Source: Candidatus Forterrea multitransposorum CG_2015-17_Forterrea_25_41 | GTDB taxonomy: Archaea > Iainarchaeota > Iainarchaeia > Iainarchaeales > CSSED10-239 | Direction of reading: 5' to 3' | Length of the DNA stretch: 64,000 nucleotides | NCBI GenBank assembly: GCA_009392915.1 | Contig: CP045477.1 | Span: 416,001-480,000, forward strand | In this document: positions 1 through 9,244 of the stretch, piece after piece | Numbering within the stretch: the stretch's first letter is position 1 | Layout: the number at the start of each line of letters is the position of its first letter | Position numbers and translations under genes: made by a program | Notes under the pieces: model-generated | The model's database searches: none | Told to the model about the DNA's origin: nothing | Seen by the model: the letters and a program-made list of their open reading frames with translations, nothing else

Positions 1-140
1 GTTTTTTTACTAAATATATGTCTTAATAATCTACTCTTTCCAGAATTATTTCCACCTACAAAAATATTTAGTTTTGATAAACTATTAATAGTATCTGGAT
101 AACCTTCAAAATTTAATTTAATATTTTTAATTAATTCCAT
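1..140 (-). CDS. P-loop ATPase, N-terminal fragment (AAA15/ABC-like, restriction-linked type); truncated by window edge
   Basis: Reverse translation of 1-140 gives MELIKNIKLNFEGYPDTINSLSKLNIFVGGNNSGKSRLLRHIFSKK. The Walker A motif GGNNSGKS lies ~30 aa from the N-terminus, as in OLD/RloA-type ATPases. Its ATG (140-138) shares one base with the hsdS TAA (142-140). Confidence 0.6.
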   Translation of the reverse strand, partial: MELIKNIKLNFEGYPDTINSLSKLNIFVGGNNSGKSRLLRHIFSKK

Positions 141-1432
141 TAATATTTCACCCTTATTTTTCCAGACATTAATTTAGGTAATAATAAATCTCTTATTTCA
201 GATAATTTCTTATTTTGCCTTTTATTTTCTGAAATTTTAATAAATGTACTTCTGATCATTGAATTATATTTTTTCAATATTTCATTTGATGGATTCAATA
301 TCTGTATTTTCTGAATGTTTTCATTATTAATTGCTTGCATTGTTGTACCATTACATAAGTTATTTTTTATTATTTCAAAATCATCATTTAATACAAAATT
401 CCAAATATAATACAAAGCATTTTCTTTTATGTCTAACCCAGCAAATCCAGTAGATAAAATTAAATTTTCTAATTCCCAAGCGCTATACTTATCAAAATAA
501 GTTATTTTTTTACTATTTTTCATTTTAGCAAACCACACTGTATTCTCTTTAGGTTGCATATTTGCTCTTGATGGTCTTTTTATAAATGTAATTTTAGTAT
601 TATAATTTATTATTTCAGAATTATCTATATCTGCAGTTGCAACATATGTTTTTTCATCAAAGTCTTCTGTACCAACCTTTGTAAAAGACGTTAGATTATT
701 GTCTCCTAAATGCCCAACATCCCATCCTTTAGGTATTTCTTTTTTTAATTCTTTATTATAAACCATTTCTCCTCCACTAGATTTATAAGGTTCTCCTTTT
801 TCATTTGGAAATTCAAAATCAACAAACCATCTTTTAAATAAAGTTTTTCCTATTTCTTCAAGTGTTTGATTCATTTTTCTGTTTAGTTCTATTTTTTCAT
901 CTAAATCAGAAAGGATTTTTGCAATTTTTAACATTTCATTATTATTTTTTGGAACTATAACTAGTAATTTTTTAATATCCCCTAAACTAAGTGTTTTTTG
1001 TGTAGAACCACCAACATTTTTTTCAATTTGATTTAAAATATATTTAGAATTTAAGGCATAATATAAAAAATAACTGTTTATATTCGGGTTAATTATCACC
1101 GTATTTTGCCCTAAACAAAATAATTCTGTTGTATTTACAAAACTTGTAATTCCATATGTTCCAACCCTAGTCATTATGATATCATTTTGCTTTGGGATAT
1201 AATTTTTAGTAAATTCATCATAAATAGATTTAGTAACTTTTAATGTATTTGATAAATCTAAACTACCTGATTTCACATCAGTTACTCTTACCATTGATAT
1301 TCCTTTATTAACATAAATTGGAGTTTTATGACAAGAATCAATAACTATAGATATATCATTTAATGATTTAACGTCCCAATCTTTAGGAATTAATCCAATT
1401 TCTGTTTTTTTAAATTTTATTTTATTAATCAT
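140..1432 (-). CDS. hsdS: Type I restriction-modification specificity subunit HsdS
   Basis: 430 aa with two variable target-recognition halves, each opening with IPKDWDV/IPKGWDV. They are separated by conserved helical spacers (LSDLDEKIELNRKMNQTLEEIGKTLFKRWFVDFEFP, and C-terminal LSEIRDLLLPKLMSGKIRV). Confidence 0.85.
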   Translation of the reverse strand: MINKIKFKKTEIGLIPKDWDVKSLNDISIVIDSCHKTPIYVNKGISMVRVTDVKSGSLDLSNTLKVTKSIYDEFTKNYIPKQNDIIMTRVGTYGITSFVNTTELFCLGQNTVIINPNINSYFLYYALNSKYILNQIEKNVGGSTQKTLSLGDIKKLLVIVPKNNNEMLKIAKILSDLDEKIELNRKMNQTLEEIGKTLFKRWFVDFEFPNEKGEPYKSSGGEMVYNKELKKEIPKGWDVGHLGDNNLTSFTKVGTEDFDEKTYVATADIDNSEIINYNTKITFIKRPSRANMQPKENTVWFAKMKNSKKITYFDKYSAWELENLILSTGFAGLDIKENALYYIWNFVLNDDFEIIKNNLCNGTTMQAINNENIQKIQILNPSNEILKKYNSMIRSTFIKISENKRQNKKLSEIRDLLLPKLMSGKIRVKY

Positions 1433-2400
1433 AATATTTCCAATTTATGTTCTGAATTAACAATTTCATAAAAATCATTAATATAAGTAATTATGTTTAA
1501 ATATATCGTATTATTTTTTACATCTGATACTTCTATGTGAGAAGTTATTTCAAAAATAGATCCTGTTCTTGTTTCTTCAGGAATATTAATATTCTCAGAA
1601 TACTCTAAAATTCTAAAATTTTTAATTTTAACTTTATCTTCTCCAATTTCAATTTGATTTAATTTAGACATATAATCATTAATATAACTTTTAAAATCAT
1701 ATGAATTGCTAAATTCCTCAATTGAATTAATAAAATTTTCTTCAGGATAAATATTATCTAATTTAATAAATAAACCATCACCTATCGGTTCTATAACTAT
1801 ATCTTTATTAAATAACTCTTTAAATTCTAATGCACAATTTTTATTAAATCCTAAATCCCTTGTAATTAAAAATACATTTTCATAATCATCAAAATCTTGA
1901 GATAATATTGTCTCCCATATCAAGGCATCTTTAAAACCAGAATCAGATTTTTTATCTTTATTAAAAGGAGACTTTTTTTCTAATGCTCTTATTTTTAGAT
2001 CATTAAATTTTTGAAAAATTAAATCATCAGAAATTTTTAAAATTTTTATTTTGTTTTCAAAAATATAATTTCCAATTTTATCCAAAATAAAATCTTTTAT
2101 ATTAAAATCATCTGAAATTTTAAATAAGTTAATTTTCGAATCAATATAAGCATATCTTTTTTTAATGTCACCTAATTTTCTGCTATCGGATTTAAAACAA
2201 TCTCTTCTTTGTTTTTCTAATTCAAATAAAGTTATATCTGTTATTGATAATTTAATATATTCAAACAAATTTTTTTTAAAAATATAATCATACAATTTTT
2301 TAAAATCATTATTAAATGTAAAAGTATGATAATAAATATTATCACTACTATTTTCTTTTAACACATTTGTATCAAAAATAATTATTGTTTTTGGCATCAT
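1429..2400 (-). CDS. PIN-like nuclease domain protein (resembles DUF4935 family) with an uncharacterised C-terminal domain
   Basis: N-terminal IIIFDTNVL is a PIN strand-1 aspartate motif. Further acidic motifs are LFELEKQ, FKDALIWETIL and FLITRDLGF. It has 4-nt overlaps with both neighbours (ATGA type). The family name is from memory, not a search. Confidence 0.55.
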   Translation of the reverse strand: MMPKTIIIFDTNVLKENSSDNIYYHTFTFNNDFKKLYDYIFKKNLFEYIKLSITDITLFELEKQRRDCFKSDSRKLGDIKKRYAYIDSKINLFKISDDFNIKDFILDKIGNYIFENKIKILKISDDLIFQKFNDLKIRALEKKSPFNKDKKSDSGFKDALIWETILSQDFDDYENVFLITRDLGFNKNCALEFKELFNKDIVIEPIGDGLFIKLDNIYPEENFINSIEEFSNSYDFKSYINDYMSKLNQIEIGEDKVKIKNFRILEYSENINIPEETRTGSIFEITSHIEVSDVKNNTIYLNIITYINDFYEIVNSEHKLEIL

Positions 2401-2879
2401 TTAAAATCAAATATTTTCTTTTTATTAGAATAATTAATTATTATTTTATATTTTAAATTGTTTTCTAAATTCATCTCTTTTTCAAAATTTTCTTTTGAAC
2501 TATAATTTAATTTAACTAATATTTTATCAGTGTGATTTGGTTGTAATAGAAATGGAAATATAACTGGTTTATATGATGGTAGAGGATAACTTGTTTTTAA
2601 ACCAACACCCAAACTTACAGATTCAGATACATTCAAATAAACTGAATTAGGCATAAATTTAGTTTTATTATGATATAATTCCATCTTCTTAATTGTAGTT
2701 GGTCTTTGACCAACATTACTTAAATAAAAATAAATCCAAATTTCATTTTCATCCATCTTAACTTCTAAAACTTCTTTTTCAACATATAATTTAGGTTTAT
2801 TTTTACTTTCTATATAAAAAGATAATAATATACCTAATATTGCAACTATTAAACCCAATATACTAATTATATATTCCAT
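2397..2879 (-). CDS. Small membrane-anchored protein, unknown function
   Basis: The N-terminal hydrophobic helix IISILGLIVAILGILLSFYI is followed by a ~130-aa beta-looking domain. It is translationally coupled on both sides within the hsdM-hsdS operon. Confidence 0.5.
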   Translation of the reverse strand: MEYIISILGLIVAILGILLSFYIESKNKPKLYVEKEVLEVKMDENEIWIYFYLSNVGQRPTTIKKMELYHNKTKFMPNSVYLNVSESVSLGVGLKTSYPLPSYKPVIFPFLLQPNHTDKILVKLNYSSKENFEKEMNLENNLKYKIIINYSNKKKIFDFK

Positions 2880-3370
2880 TAGTTATCATTTTTCTTTTTA
2901 AACTTTCTAATTAATGCTAATAATAGTTCTTGTTTAAAAAATATTATACTTAGTAATTCTATACCAAAAGCAATATTTAAAACAACAGATAATTTAAAAT
3001 TATTAATTATTGTTTTGTAAATACTTATTTGACTATTTTCTATATTTTCAAATTTTTGATTTAAATTAGTTATTTGATACTGTATAATATTATAATCATT
3101 TTTTATTTCTTCAAAATCTTTTTTAGTTATATTTTCTGTTATTAATTTGTTATAGTCAGACTGACAATTTTTTAGTTGTGAACTAATCTGTATTATATTG
3201 TTATTTAATGTAATTTTATTTAATTCACAATTATTTAATTTATCTACAATAGGTTTACATTTATCCTCTGATAATAAACCAAACAATCCTTGTATAATTG
3301 GAATAAATATCATCACAATTATAAACACAACTAAAATACCTCCAATTATTGCAAATGGATTATCCGCCAT
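2879..3370 (-). CDS. Bitopic/hairpin membrane protein with a central coiled-coil, unknown function
   Basis: It has an N-terminal TM (FAIIGGILVVFIIVMIFIPIIQGLFGLL), an N/Q/I-rich heptad-like middle and a C-terminal TM (LSVVLNIAFGIELLSIIFF). A GAGGTGA Shine-Dalgarno-like motif sits inside the last hsdM codons, 7-8 nt before its ATG. Confidence 0.5.
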   Translation of the reverse strand: MADNPFAIIGGILVVFIIVMIFIPIIQGLFGLLSEDKCKPIVDKLNNCELNKITLNNNIIQISSQLKNCQSDYNKLITENITKKDFEEIKNDYNIIQYQITNLNQKFENIENSQISIYKTIINNFKLSVVLNIAFGIELLSIIFFKQELLLALIRKFKKKNDN

Positions 3371-3372
3371 AT

Positions 3373-4890
3373 CTATTTCACCTCAAAGCCGATTCCTTTA
3401 AGATTTTTCTTAATCTCTTCTTCTAATTTCTTAGATTCTTTAAATTGTTCGCTTAATTCTTTTGTAAGGCGAGTCATCTTTTCTTGAAAAACTTCAGGAT
3501 CTTCCTCTTCTTCCTTAAAACCAACGTAACGGCCAGGTGTAAGAATAAAGTCTTGCTTTTCAATCTCTTCAAGAGAGGCTGATTTACAAAAAGAAAGCTC
3601 ATCTTGATAACTTTTTTTGTTTATCGGGTCTTTTGACCTCCAAAGAGAAACAGTTTCTGAAATTTTTGTAAAATCTTCTTCAGTGAGTTCTCTTTGTCTT
3701 CTGTTAATCATTTGTCCAAGATTTCTAGCATCAATAAAAAGAGTTTCTCCTTTTCTATGTGCAGGTTTATTTCTATTAACAAACCAAAGACAAGCAGGAA
3801 TCATTGTATTATAAAATAATTGAGATGGAAGAGCAATAATACACTCTACAAGATCATCTTTAAGTATATTTTTTCTAATTTCTCCTTCTCCAGAAGTATT
3901 AGAACTTAAAGAACCGTTTGAAAGAACAAAACCAGCAATTCCTTTAGATCCTAAATGATAAATAAAATGTTGAACCCATGCAAAATTAGCGTTCCCTGCA
4001 GGAGGAACTCCATATTTCCAACGAGCATCCTCTCTTAATAGATCTCCAGACCAGTCTGAATCATTAAAAGGAGGATTTGCAATTATAAAATCAGCTCTTA
4101 AGTCTTTATGTTCATCATTTAGAAAACTACCTTCATTATTCCAAACAACTTTATTATCAATACCTCTTATTGCAAGATTCATTTTACATAATTTCCAAGT
4201 TGTTTGATTAGATTCTTGACCATAAATAGATATTTGACCTATTTTTCCACCATGTTTTTCAACAAACTCTTCAGATTGAACAAACATTCCTCCAGAACCA
4301 CAACAAGGGTCAAATATTCTTCCTTTAAAAGGTTGTATTATTTCAACTAATAATTTAACAATAGATTTAGGAGTATAGAATTGGCCTCCTTTTTTTCCTT
4401 CAGCAGAAGCAAATTGTCCTAAGAAATATTCATATACTCTTCCTAAGATATCTTTACTATTATCTTTAGAATTAAAAGAAATTGTTCCTATAAGATCAAT
4501 TAACGCTCCTAATTTTGTTTTATCTAAAGATGGTTTTGAATAATCTTTTGGAAGTATTCCTTTAAGTGTTGGATTTTCTTTTTCAATTAAATCCATTGAA
4601 TCATCAATAATTCTTCCAATTTCTATATTTTTTGCATTATCTTGAAGATATTCCCATCTTGCTTTTTTTGGAACATAAAATACTCTTTGAGAGACATATT
4701 CATCTTTATCTTCTGGGTCTGCATATTCTTCTTCTTTTAGTTTAGTATATAGTTCTTCAAAAGAATCAGATATATATTTTAAAAATATTAAACCTAAAAC
4801 TACATGTTTATATTCTGCAGCATCCATATTACTTCTTAATTTATCTGCTGCTTTCCAAAGCTTTTCTTCAAATCCTAAATCTTGAGTCAT
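3373..4890 (-). CDS. hsdM: Type I restriction-modification DNA methyltransferase subunit HsdM (N6-adenine)
   Basis: 505 aa with the HsdM N-terminal domain ([32 protein letters not shown]). The SAM motif is [11 protein letters not shown] and the catalytic motif IV is IIANPPFN. Confidence 0.92.
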   Translation of the reverse strand: MTQDLGFEEKLWKAADKLRSNMDAAEYKHVVLGLIFLKYISDSFEELYTKLKEEEYADPEDKDEYVSQRVFYVPKKARWEYLQDNAKNIEIGRIIDDSMDLIEKENPTLKGILPKDYSKPSLDKTKLGALIDLIGTISFNSKDNSKDILGRVYEYFLGQFASAEGKKGGQFYTPKSIVKLLVEIIQPFKGRIFDPCCGSGGMFVQSEEFVEKHGGKIGQISIYGQESNQTTWKLCKMNLAIRGIDNKVVWNNEGSFLNDEHKDLRADFIIANPPFNDSDWSGDLLREDARWKYGVPPAGNANFAWVQHFIYHLGSKGIAGFVLSNGSLSSNTSGEGEIRKNILKDDLVECIIALPSQLFYNTMIPACLWFVNRNKPAHRKGETLFIDARNLGQMINRRQRELTEEDFTKISETVSLWRSKDPINKKSYQDELSFCKSASLEEIEKQDFILTPGRYVGFKEEEEDPEVFQEKMTRLTKELSEQFKESKKLEEEIKKNLKGIGFEVK

Positions 4891-4960
4891 AATTAATCTC
4901 TTCTTTTATATAAATATAATATACATCTAAACACTTTTAAAGGTATTATGTATTAAAAAA

Positions 4961-5347
4961 CTATTCAAATCTAATCTCTTTTCTATCATCTTCTATTGCT
5001 TGTTTTATTTTATTATATTCTTCTTCACTTAACTCTATTATATTACTATAAGTATAATCTTCCTTTGCAAGCTTAAATCTTTCTTGTAAAGAACGTGCAC
5101 CAAGACCTTTATTAGATAAAAGTAATAAAGAAAGTTTAATCTGATAAGGATATGGTTTTTTCCAAGAAGTAAATTCATTGTCTACTTTTTTAATAACTTT
5201 AAATATTCCAAAAATTACTCCTTGACCATAATATACAATAATATCATCTAAATTAACTAAATCTCTTTCATTTTTGTCTATAAAACCACAATATTCTTTT
5301 GTTTTAACAAAAGATTCCCAAGAATGGTTAATTAAGTAATATTTCAT
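4961..5347 (-). CDS. PUA-like fold protein (EVE / UPF0310-like)
   Basis: 128 aa. MKYYLINHSWESFVKTKEYCGF...DDIIVYYGQGVIFGIFKV matches the remembered EVE/UPF0310 pattern (YW-hydrophobic start, GD-x-hydrophobic-x-Y, then IxGIFxV). Confidence 0.4.
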   Translation of the reverse strand: MKYYLINHSWESFVKTKEYCGFIDKNERDLVNLDDIIVYYGQGVIFGIFKVIKKVDNEFTSWKKPYPYQIKLSLLLLSNKGLGARSLQERFKLAKEDYTYSNIIELSEEEYNKIKQAIEDDRKEIRFE

Positions 5348-5349
5348 TT

Positions 5350-6729
5350 TTAATCATATCTAAATCCATATTTTTCAGTTAATTTTTGCCATTCATCATG
5401 ATATTTTTTCCATTCATTATATTCAAATTCATCTAATACCTGGCCAGAACCATAACTATCTAATTTATTTTGCAAAAATTTTAATCTCAAATTATCATCA
5501 TATTCTTCTTTAACACTTTCAAAAGATTTACCTTCAGAAACAACATAAATATTTGGCTTTGAAATTAATTTACCTACTCCAATATAATCTCCATCACTAT
5601 CTGTAATAATACTTGGAGTTGTTGTTTCTATAAAACAATAACCAGAATTATTATAAGAATATTTAATTGGGCATTTTAATCCTATTGAAGCATGCTGCTC
5701 TAATTCAAAACTAAAAATTGCAACACCATAACCTAACTCTTTTAACATTAATGCAAGTAAATTTGTTTTATCCCCACAAACTCCTGTTTGATCATATAAT
5801 GTTTCATAAGCATATCTATTACTATAATTATGATTAAAAGAATCCCAATCATAAGGCATTGTTTGAACTAAACTGATTGCAATCCTTGCTTGATCATCAG
5901 TATTATTTGTTATTTTTTTAATTTCATTAATTAATGGTAGAATATATCTTTCTTGATCTTCAGTATTAACATACATTAATGACATATATTCAGAAGTAGG
6001 AGGAGATTCATAAGAAGAATAAGTTACTGTTCGAGGTAAATTTGACAAATAATAATTAAACCCATTATAGACAGTGTAATTAAAACTATTAGGTACACCT
6101 CTTAGAGTATAATTTAACTTAATTGGCTTAGGTTCAGTTTGCAATTTATGTAAACACTTCCCATTAATATAAATTTCATCTATATCACATAAACATTTTT
6201 CAGGAAACTCAATTAAATTACCTTTCTGACAAAAATAAGGCTTAATATTTGAACAATTATTATATAAAGTACCATCTTCACACCTATTAATAACAAAATT
6301 AAATAATAAATTCATAATTATATAAATTAGAATAATAATAATAACAATATTTCTTAATTGTTTAAATCTAATTTTTTTAAGTAAATGAATAACTAAAGTT
6401 AAAATTAAACTATTTAGTAAAATTATTATAAAAAAGTTAAAACTAACCTTTAATAATAGATAATTAAAACTTAATAAAATAATAACATAAACTAAAGTCC
6501 ATATAAATAAATAAAAATTAAATCTAAATTTATTTTTATAAATTATAACAGTTATTATGCGTGAAAATAAACTAAATATGATTGCTATAAATACTAATTT
6601 AGTGGTATTATTAACAATATTTAATAAATTTAAAAATAAAGAAGATAAATAATATAATAGACTATAAATTAATATCCAAAATAGAAACCAGTAAGATTTA
6701 TAAAATCTAAAAATATTATTATTTCTCAT
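5350..6729 (-). CDS. Polytopic membrane protein with Cys-rich linker and C-terminal transglutaminase-like cysteine protease domain
   Basis: About 5 N-terminal TM helices are followed by a Cys-rich stretch (CEDGTLYNNCSNIKPYFCQKGNLIEFPEKCLCDIDEIYINGKCLH). Next comes GVCGDKTNLLALMLKELGYGVAIFSFELEQHASIGLKC, which fits the transglutaminase-core Cys...His pattern. Confidence 0.6.
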   Translation of the reverse strand: MRNNNIFRFYKSYWFLFWILIYSLLYYLSSLFLNLLNIVNNTTKLVFIAIIFSLFSRIITVIIYKNKFRFNFYLFIWTLVYVIILLSFNYLLLKVSFNFFIIILLNSLILTLVIHLLKKIRFKQLRNIVIIIILIYIIMNLLFNFVINRCEDGTLYNNCSNIKPYFCQKGNLIEFPEKCLCDIDEIYINGKCLHKLQTEPKPIKLNYTLRGVPNSFNYTVYNGFNYYLSNLPRTVTYSSYESPPTSEYMSLMYVNTEDQERYILPLINEIKKITNNTDDQARIAISLVQTMPYDWDSFNHNYSNRYAYETLYDQTGVCGDKTNLLALMLKELGYGVAIFSFELEQHASIGLKCPIKYSYNNSGYCFIETTTPSIITDSDGDYIGVGKLISKPNIYVVSEGKSFESVKEEYDDNLRLKFLQNKLDSYGSGQVLDEFEYNEWKKYHDEWQKLTEKYGFRYD

Positions 6730-6746
6730 TTTATCACATTAATATT

Positions 6747-7028
6747 TCAATGTCTTTTTTTAATTGATCTTTTAGAAATATTAGAACTTCTATATCTTAC
6801 AGGTTTACTTTTTCTATAAGAATCTTTTAAAACAGAATCACTTTCATTTTTTAAATCATGAATAGTTGGTTCTTTATAACCTAACTGCTTTAAAGCAGAA
6901 TCAAATATCTTTGTAAAGCTTAAGTTATTCTCTTGTACAAATCTTTCTTGACTTTTTGTAATTCTCATATTTATTCTTATATTTCTTCTTTCTGGAGAAG
7001 TATCTCTTTTTACATCTTCTATATTCAT
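6747..7028 (-). CDS. Small basic protein, possible ribbon-helix-helix DNA-binding protein
   Basis: RINMRITKSQERFVQENNLSFTKIFDSALKQLG resembles a beta-strand/helix/helix RHH. I favour the internal start MNIEDVK (7028) over the track start at 7094. Confidence 0.35.
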   Translation of the reverse strand: MNIEDVKRDTSPERRNIRINMRITKSQERFVQENNLSFTKIFDSALKQLGYKEPTIHDLKNESDSVLKDSYRKSKPVRYRSSNISKRSIKKRH

Positions 7029-7164
7029 ATAAATCAATCCCTTAAATACACTTTTCCCAATCAAGAGCATAGTGTATATACAACTTTGACACAACGAGTT
7101 TATAAATAGATCGATTACACTAAAATATAATAAAAAGAGAAGATTAAAAAATAAATCTTATCTA

Positions 7165-7890
7165 CTAAACTTTAATCTCTATTAAAACAGGATTATGGTC
7201 ACTAAATCTTCTAATTTCATCATTTTCAAGAACTTTGCAAGAAATAATGTTTTTAAAAATAGGTTTATTCATAAAAAAGTAATCATTTTGCCACTTAACT
7301 TTACTTTTTTTATGTCTTAAGGTCTGTACAGGATATTCTTTATCAGTTAAATCAAAAGCATCAAAAAAATTAAAATCTTTTAATCTATCAAAAAAAATCT
7401 TATGAGAGTTATTATATTTATATATTAAATCAAATTGAATACTTGCATTTAAATCTCCCCCCAATATAATATTTCTTTTACCATTAAGTTTACCATAAAA
7501 CAAAGGAGATAAATCAGATAACATGCTATGTAGATTAGGAATTGAATAACCATCTGTCATAAGACCATATAATGATATAAAAGTAAGTTTTTTATTATTT
7601 ATAACAGTATTTGCTATTGTTAAAGATCCATTAAATTTAGTATTTATTGTTTCCTGAGAAAGATTGTATTTTTTACTATAAATTCCAGATCCCCAATTAC
7701 GATTTTTATCAATTTTATTCCAAATAAGATTTGAATCTTTTTTAATATGTTCAGGAGGATTTGATTCTTGAAATAAATATATATCTGCATCAATATTATT
7801 TAAAAAATAATCCCAAATATCTTTATTTAGCTTTTTATTTTTCCAATAATCCATATTCCAAGTAACTATTTTAATATTCATTCTTATCAA
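7165..7890 (-). CDS. Endonuclease/exonuclease/phosphatase (EEP) family protein
   Basis: The EEP signature motifs are IKIVTWNM, FQESN, GGDLNAS and C-terminal FSDHNPVLIEI. Confidence 0.8.
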   Translation of the reverse strand: MIRMNIKIVTWNMDYWKNKKLNKDIWDYFLNNIDADIYLFQESNPPEHIKKDSNLIWNKIDKNRNWGSGIYSKKYNLSQETINTKFNGSLTIANTVINNKKLTFISLYGLMTDGYSIPNLHSMLSDLSPLFYGKLNGKRNIILGGDLNASIQFDLIYKYNNSHKIFFDRLKDFNFFDAFDLTDKEYPVQTLRHKKSKVKWQNDYFFMNKPIFKNIISCKVLENDEIRRFSDHNPVLIEIKV

Positions 7891-7898
7891 TTTTTATT

Positions 7899-8738
7899 TT
7901 AAATAACCTTCTTAATATTCTTTTCCAAGTAAACAATAAACTTATCTTTATTCTTTCCTTTTAACTTTTCCCAAGAATTATATACTTTTCTTATTTTATC
8001 TTCTAAAATAATATCTTCTTTATCATTATATCTGTATCTTGCATATTTTTCTTTATTATAACCTAACTTATATGCTAAAATATTTTCAATAGTAGATGTA
8101 AAAGTTTCACTAAATGACTGCTTTTTTATTCCACCATATTTATCTAAAATATATTTTTCAATTCTATTATATATTTCATTATTTGAATTAATTACATGAA
8201 TAAGTTCATGAATTAATAAAATATATATTCTATTTTTAGTAAATTTTCTATAATCAACATCATCTCCTATAGATATATGAAAAGATAAATTTGTTGCAGA
8301 ACCTCCAAAACCAGGCCTTGTATTATTTGCAACAAAGAAAGTAGAGCTTACTTTTGTAGAATTATAAATAACATCTAAATAAGGTTTAATTATTTTAAGT
8401 TCTTTCTCTTTAAAATTAGTTATAAATGTATTTAGAAAATCTTCTGATTTTTTATTAATAACAATAGGAAATAATTTTTTTAAAACAATTAGATGTTTTT
8501 TTTCAATATTACTTAATTTTTTTTTATTAACAATATTATCTATTAAATTTTTGTAATTAAGCCTATTTGTAGAAATAATACTATAATCTTTATTAATCAA
8601 AAAAATTAAATCTACCATTTCTTTTAATTGATTTTTATTAGCAAAAGTATAAACTTTATCAATATTACAATATGCTTTACAAGCAAGTCTTAAATCTTTT
8701 GAAGGTTTTATTAAGTTTAGTTTAATATCAACACTCAT
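7899..8738 (-). CDS. Hypothetical protein with HExxH zinc-metallopeptidase-like motif
   Basis: 279 aa containing LLIHELIHVINS (HExxH). It lies 8 nt upstream of the EEP gene on the same strand. I recognise no further family. Confidence 0.4.
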   Translation of the reverse strand: MSVDIKLNLIKPSKDLRLACKAYCNIDKVYTFANKNQLKEMVDLIFLINKDYSIISTNRLNYKNLIDNIVNKKKLSNIEKKHLIVLKKLFPIVINKKSEDFLNTFITNFKEKELKIIKPYLDVIYNSTKVSSTFFVANNTRPGFGGSATNLSFHISIGDDVDYRKFTKNRIYILLIHELIHVINSNNEIYNRIEKYILDKYGGIKKQSFSETFTSTIENILAYKLGYNKEKYARYRYNDKEDIILEDKIRKVYNSWEKLKGKNKDKFIVYLEKNIKKVI

Positions 8739-8805
8739 AAAGATATCTATTAAATAAAGGTTTTTTAAAAGTTATGTTTAATAAGGAGCTATCATAAACT
8801 AAAAA

Positions 8806-9147
8806 TTAAACATTTACCCAAATAACACAACCTTTCTTATGAACGTAAGGTTTTGGAGAAGAATATCTTTTGATATCAGACAATACCCAAGCATGAGGAT
8901 TATTATATTTTAAATCTAAAACATCTTCTTTCTTTATTTGATGCTTTTCTAAGTTTTTAAATAAAATATCTTTGTTAATTTTTATTGAATCTTTAATAGT
9001 ACATTCACCATATACTTTTTTGCTGCCACTCATAATAAGAGCAATTCTTTCACCAATCTTTGAAGTATTAAAGTTTCTTATCTCCCAAGTCTTTTTTCCT
9101 TCTAAGATTAAATTTAACCATTTTTCTTTAATTATAAGGCCTTTCAT
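8806..9147 (-). CDS. ASCH domain protein (PUA-like fold)
   Basis: 113 aa. MKGLIIKEKWLNLILEGKKTWEIRNFNTSKIGERIALIMSG matches the typical ASCH N-terminus (IKxxWaxlIlxGkKTxEiR). Confidence 0.7.
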   Translation of the reverse strand: MKGLIIKEKWLNLILEGKKTWEIRNFNTSKIGERIALIMSGSKKVYGECTIKDSIKINKDILFKNLEKHQIKKEDVLDLKYNNPHAWVLSDIKRYSSPKPYVHKKGCVIWVNV

Positions 9148-9244
9148 AAAAGATATCTATATTTCAAAAGGCTTTTAAACTCTTTTATGTAGTAATTAAA
9201 CTATTTATTAAAAAACAAAAATATATCTTAATTAAGATGATAAA

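Noticed and set aside
3198-3814. Plus-strand ORFs (67 and 65 aa) opposite the membrane protein gene and hsdM
   Set aside because: They are antisense to strongly supported genes and have low-complexity products.
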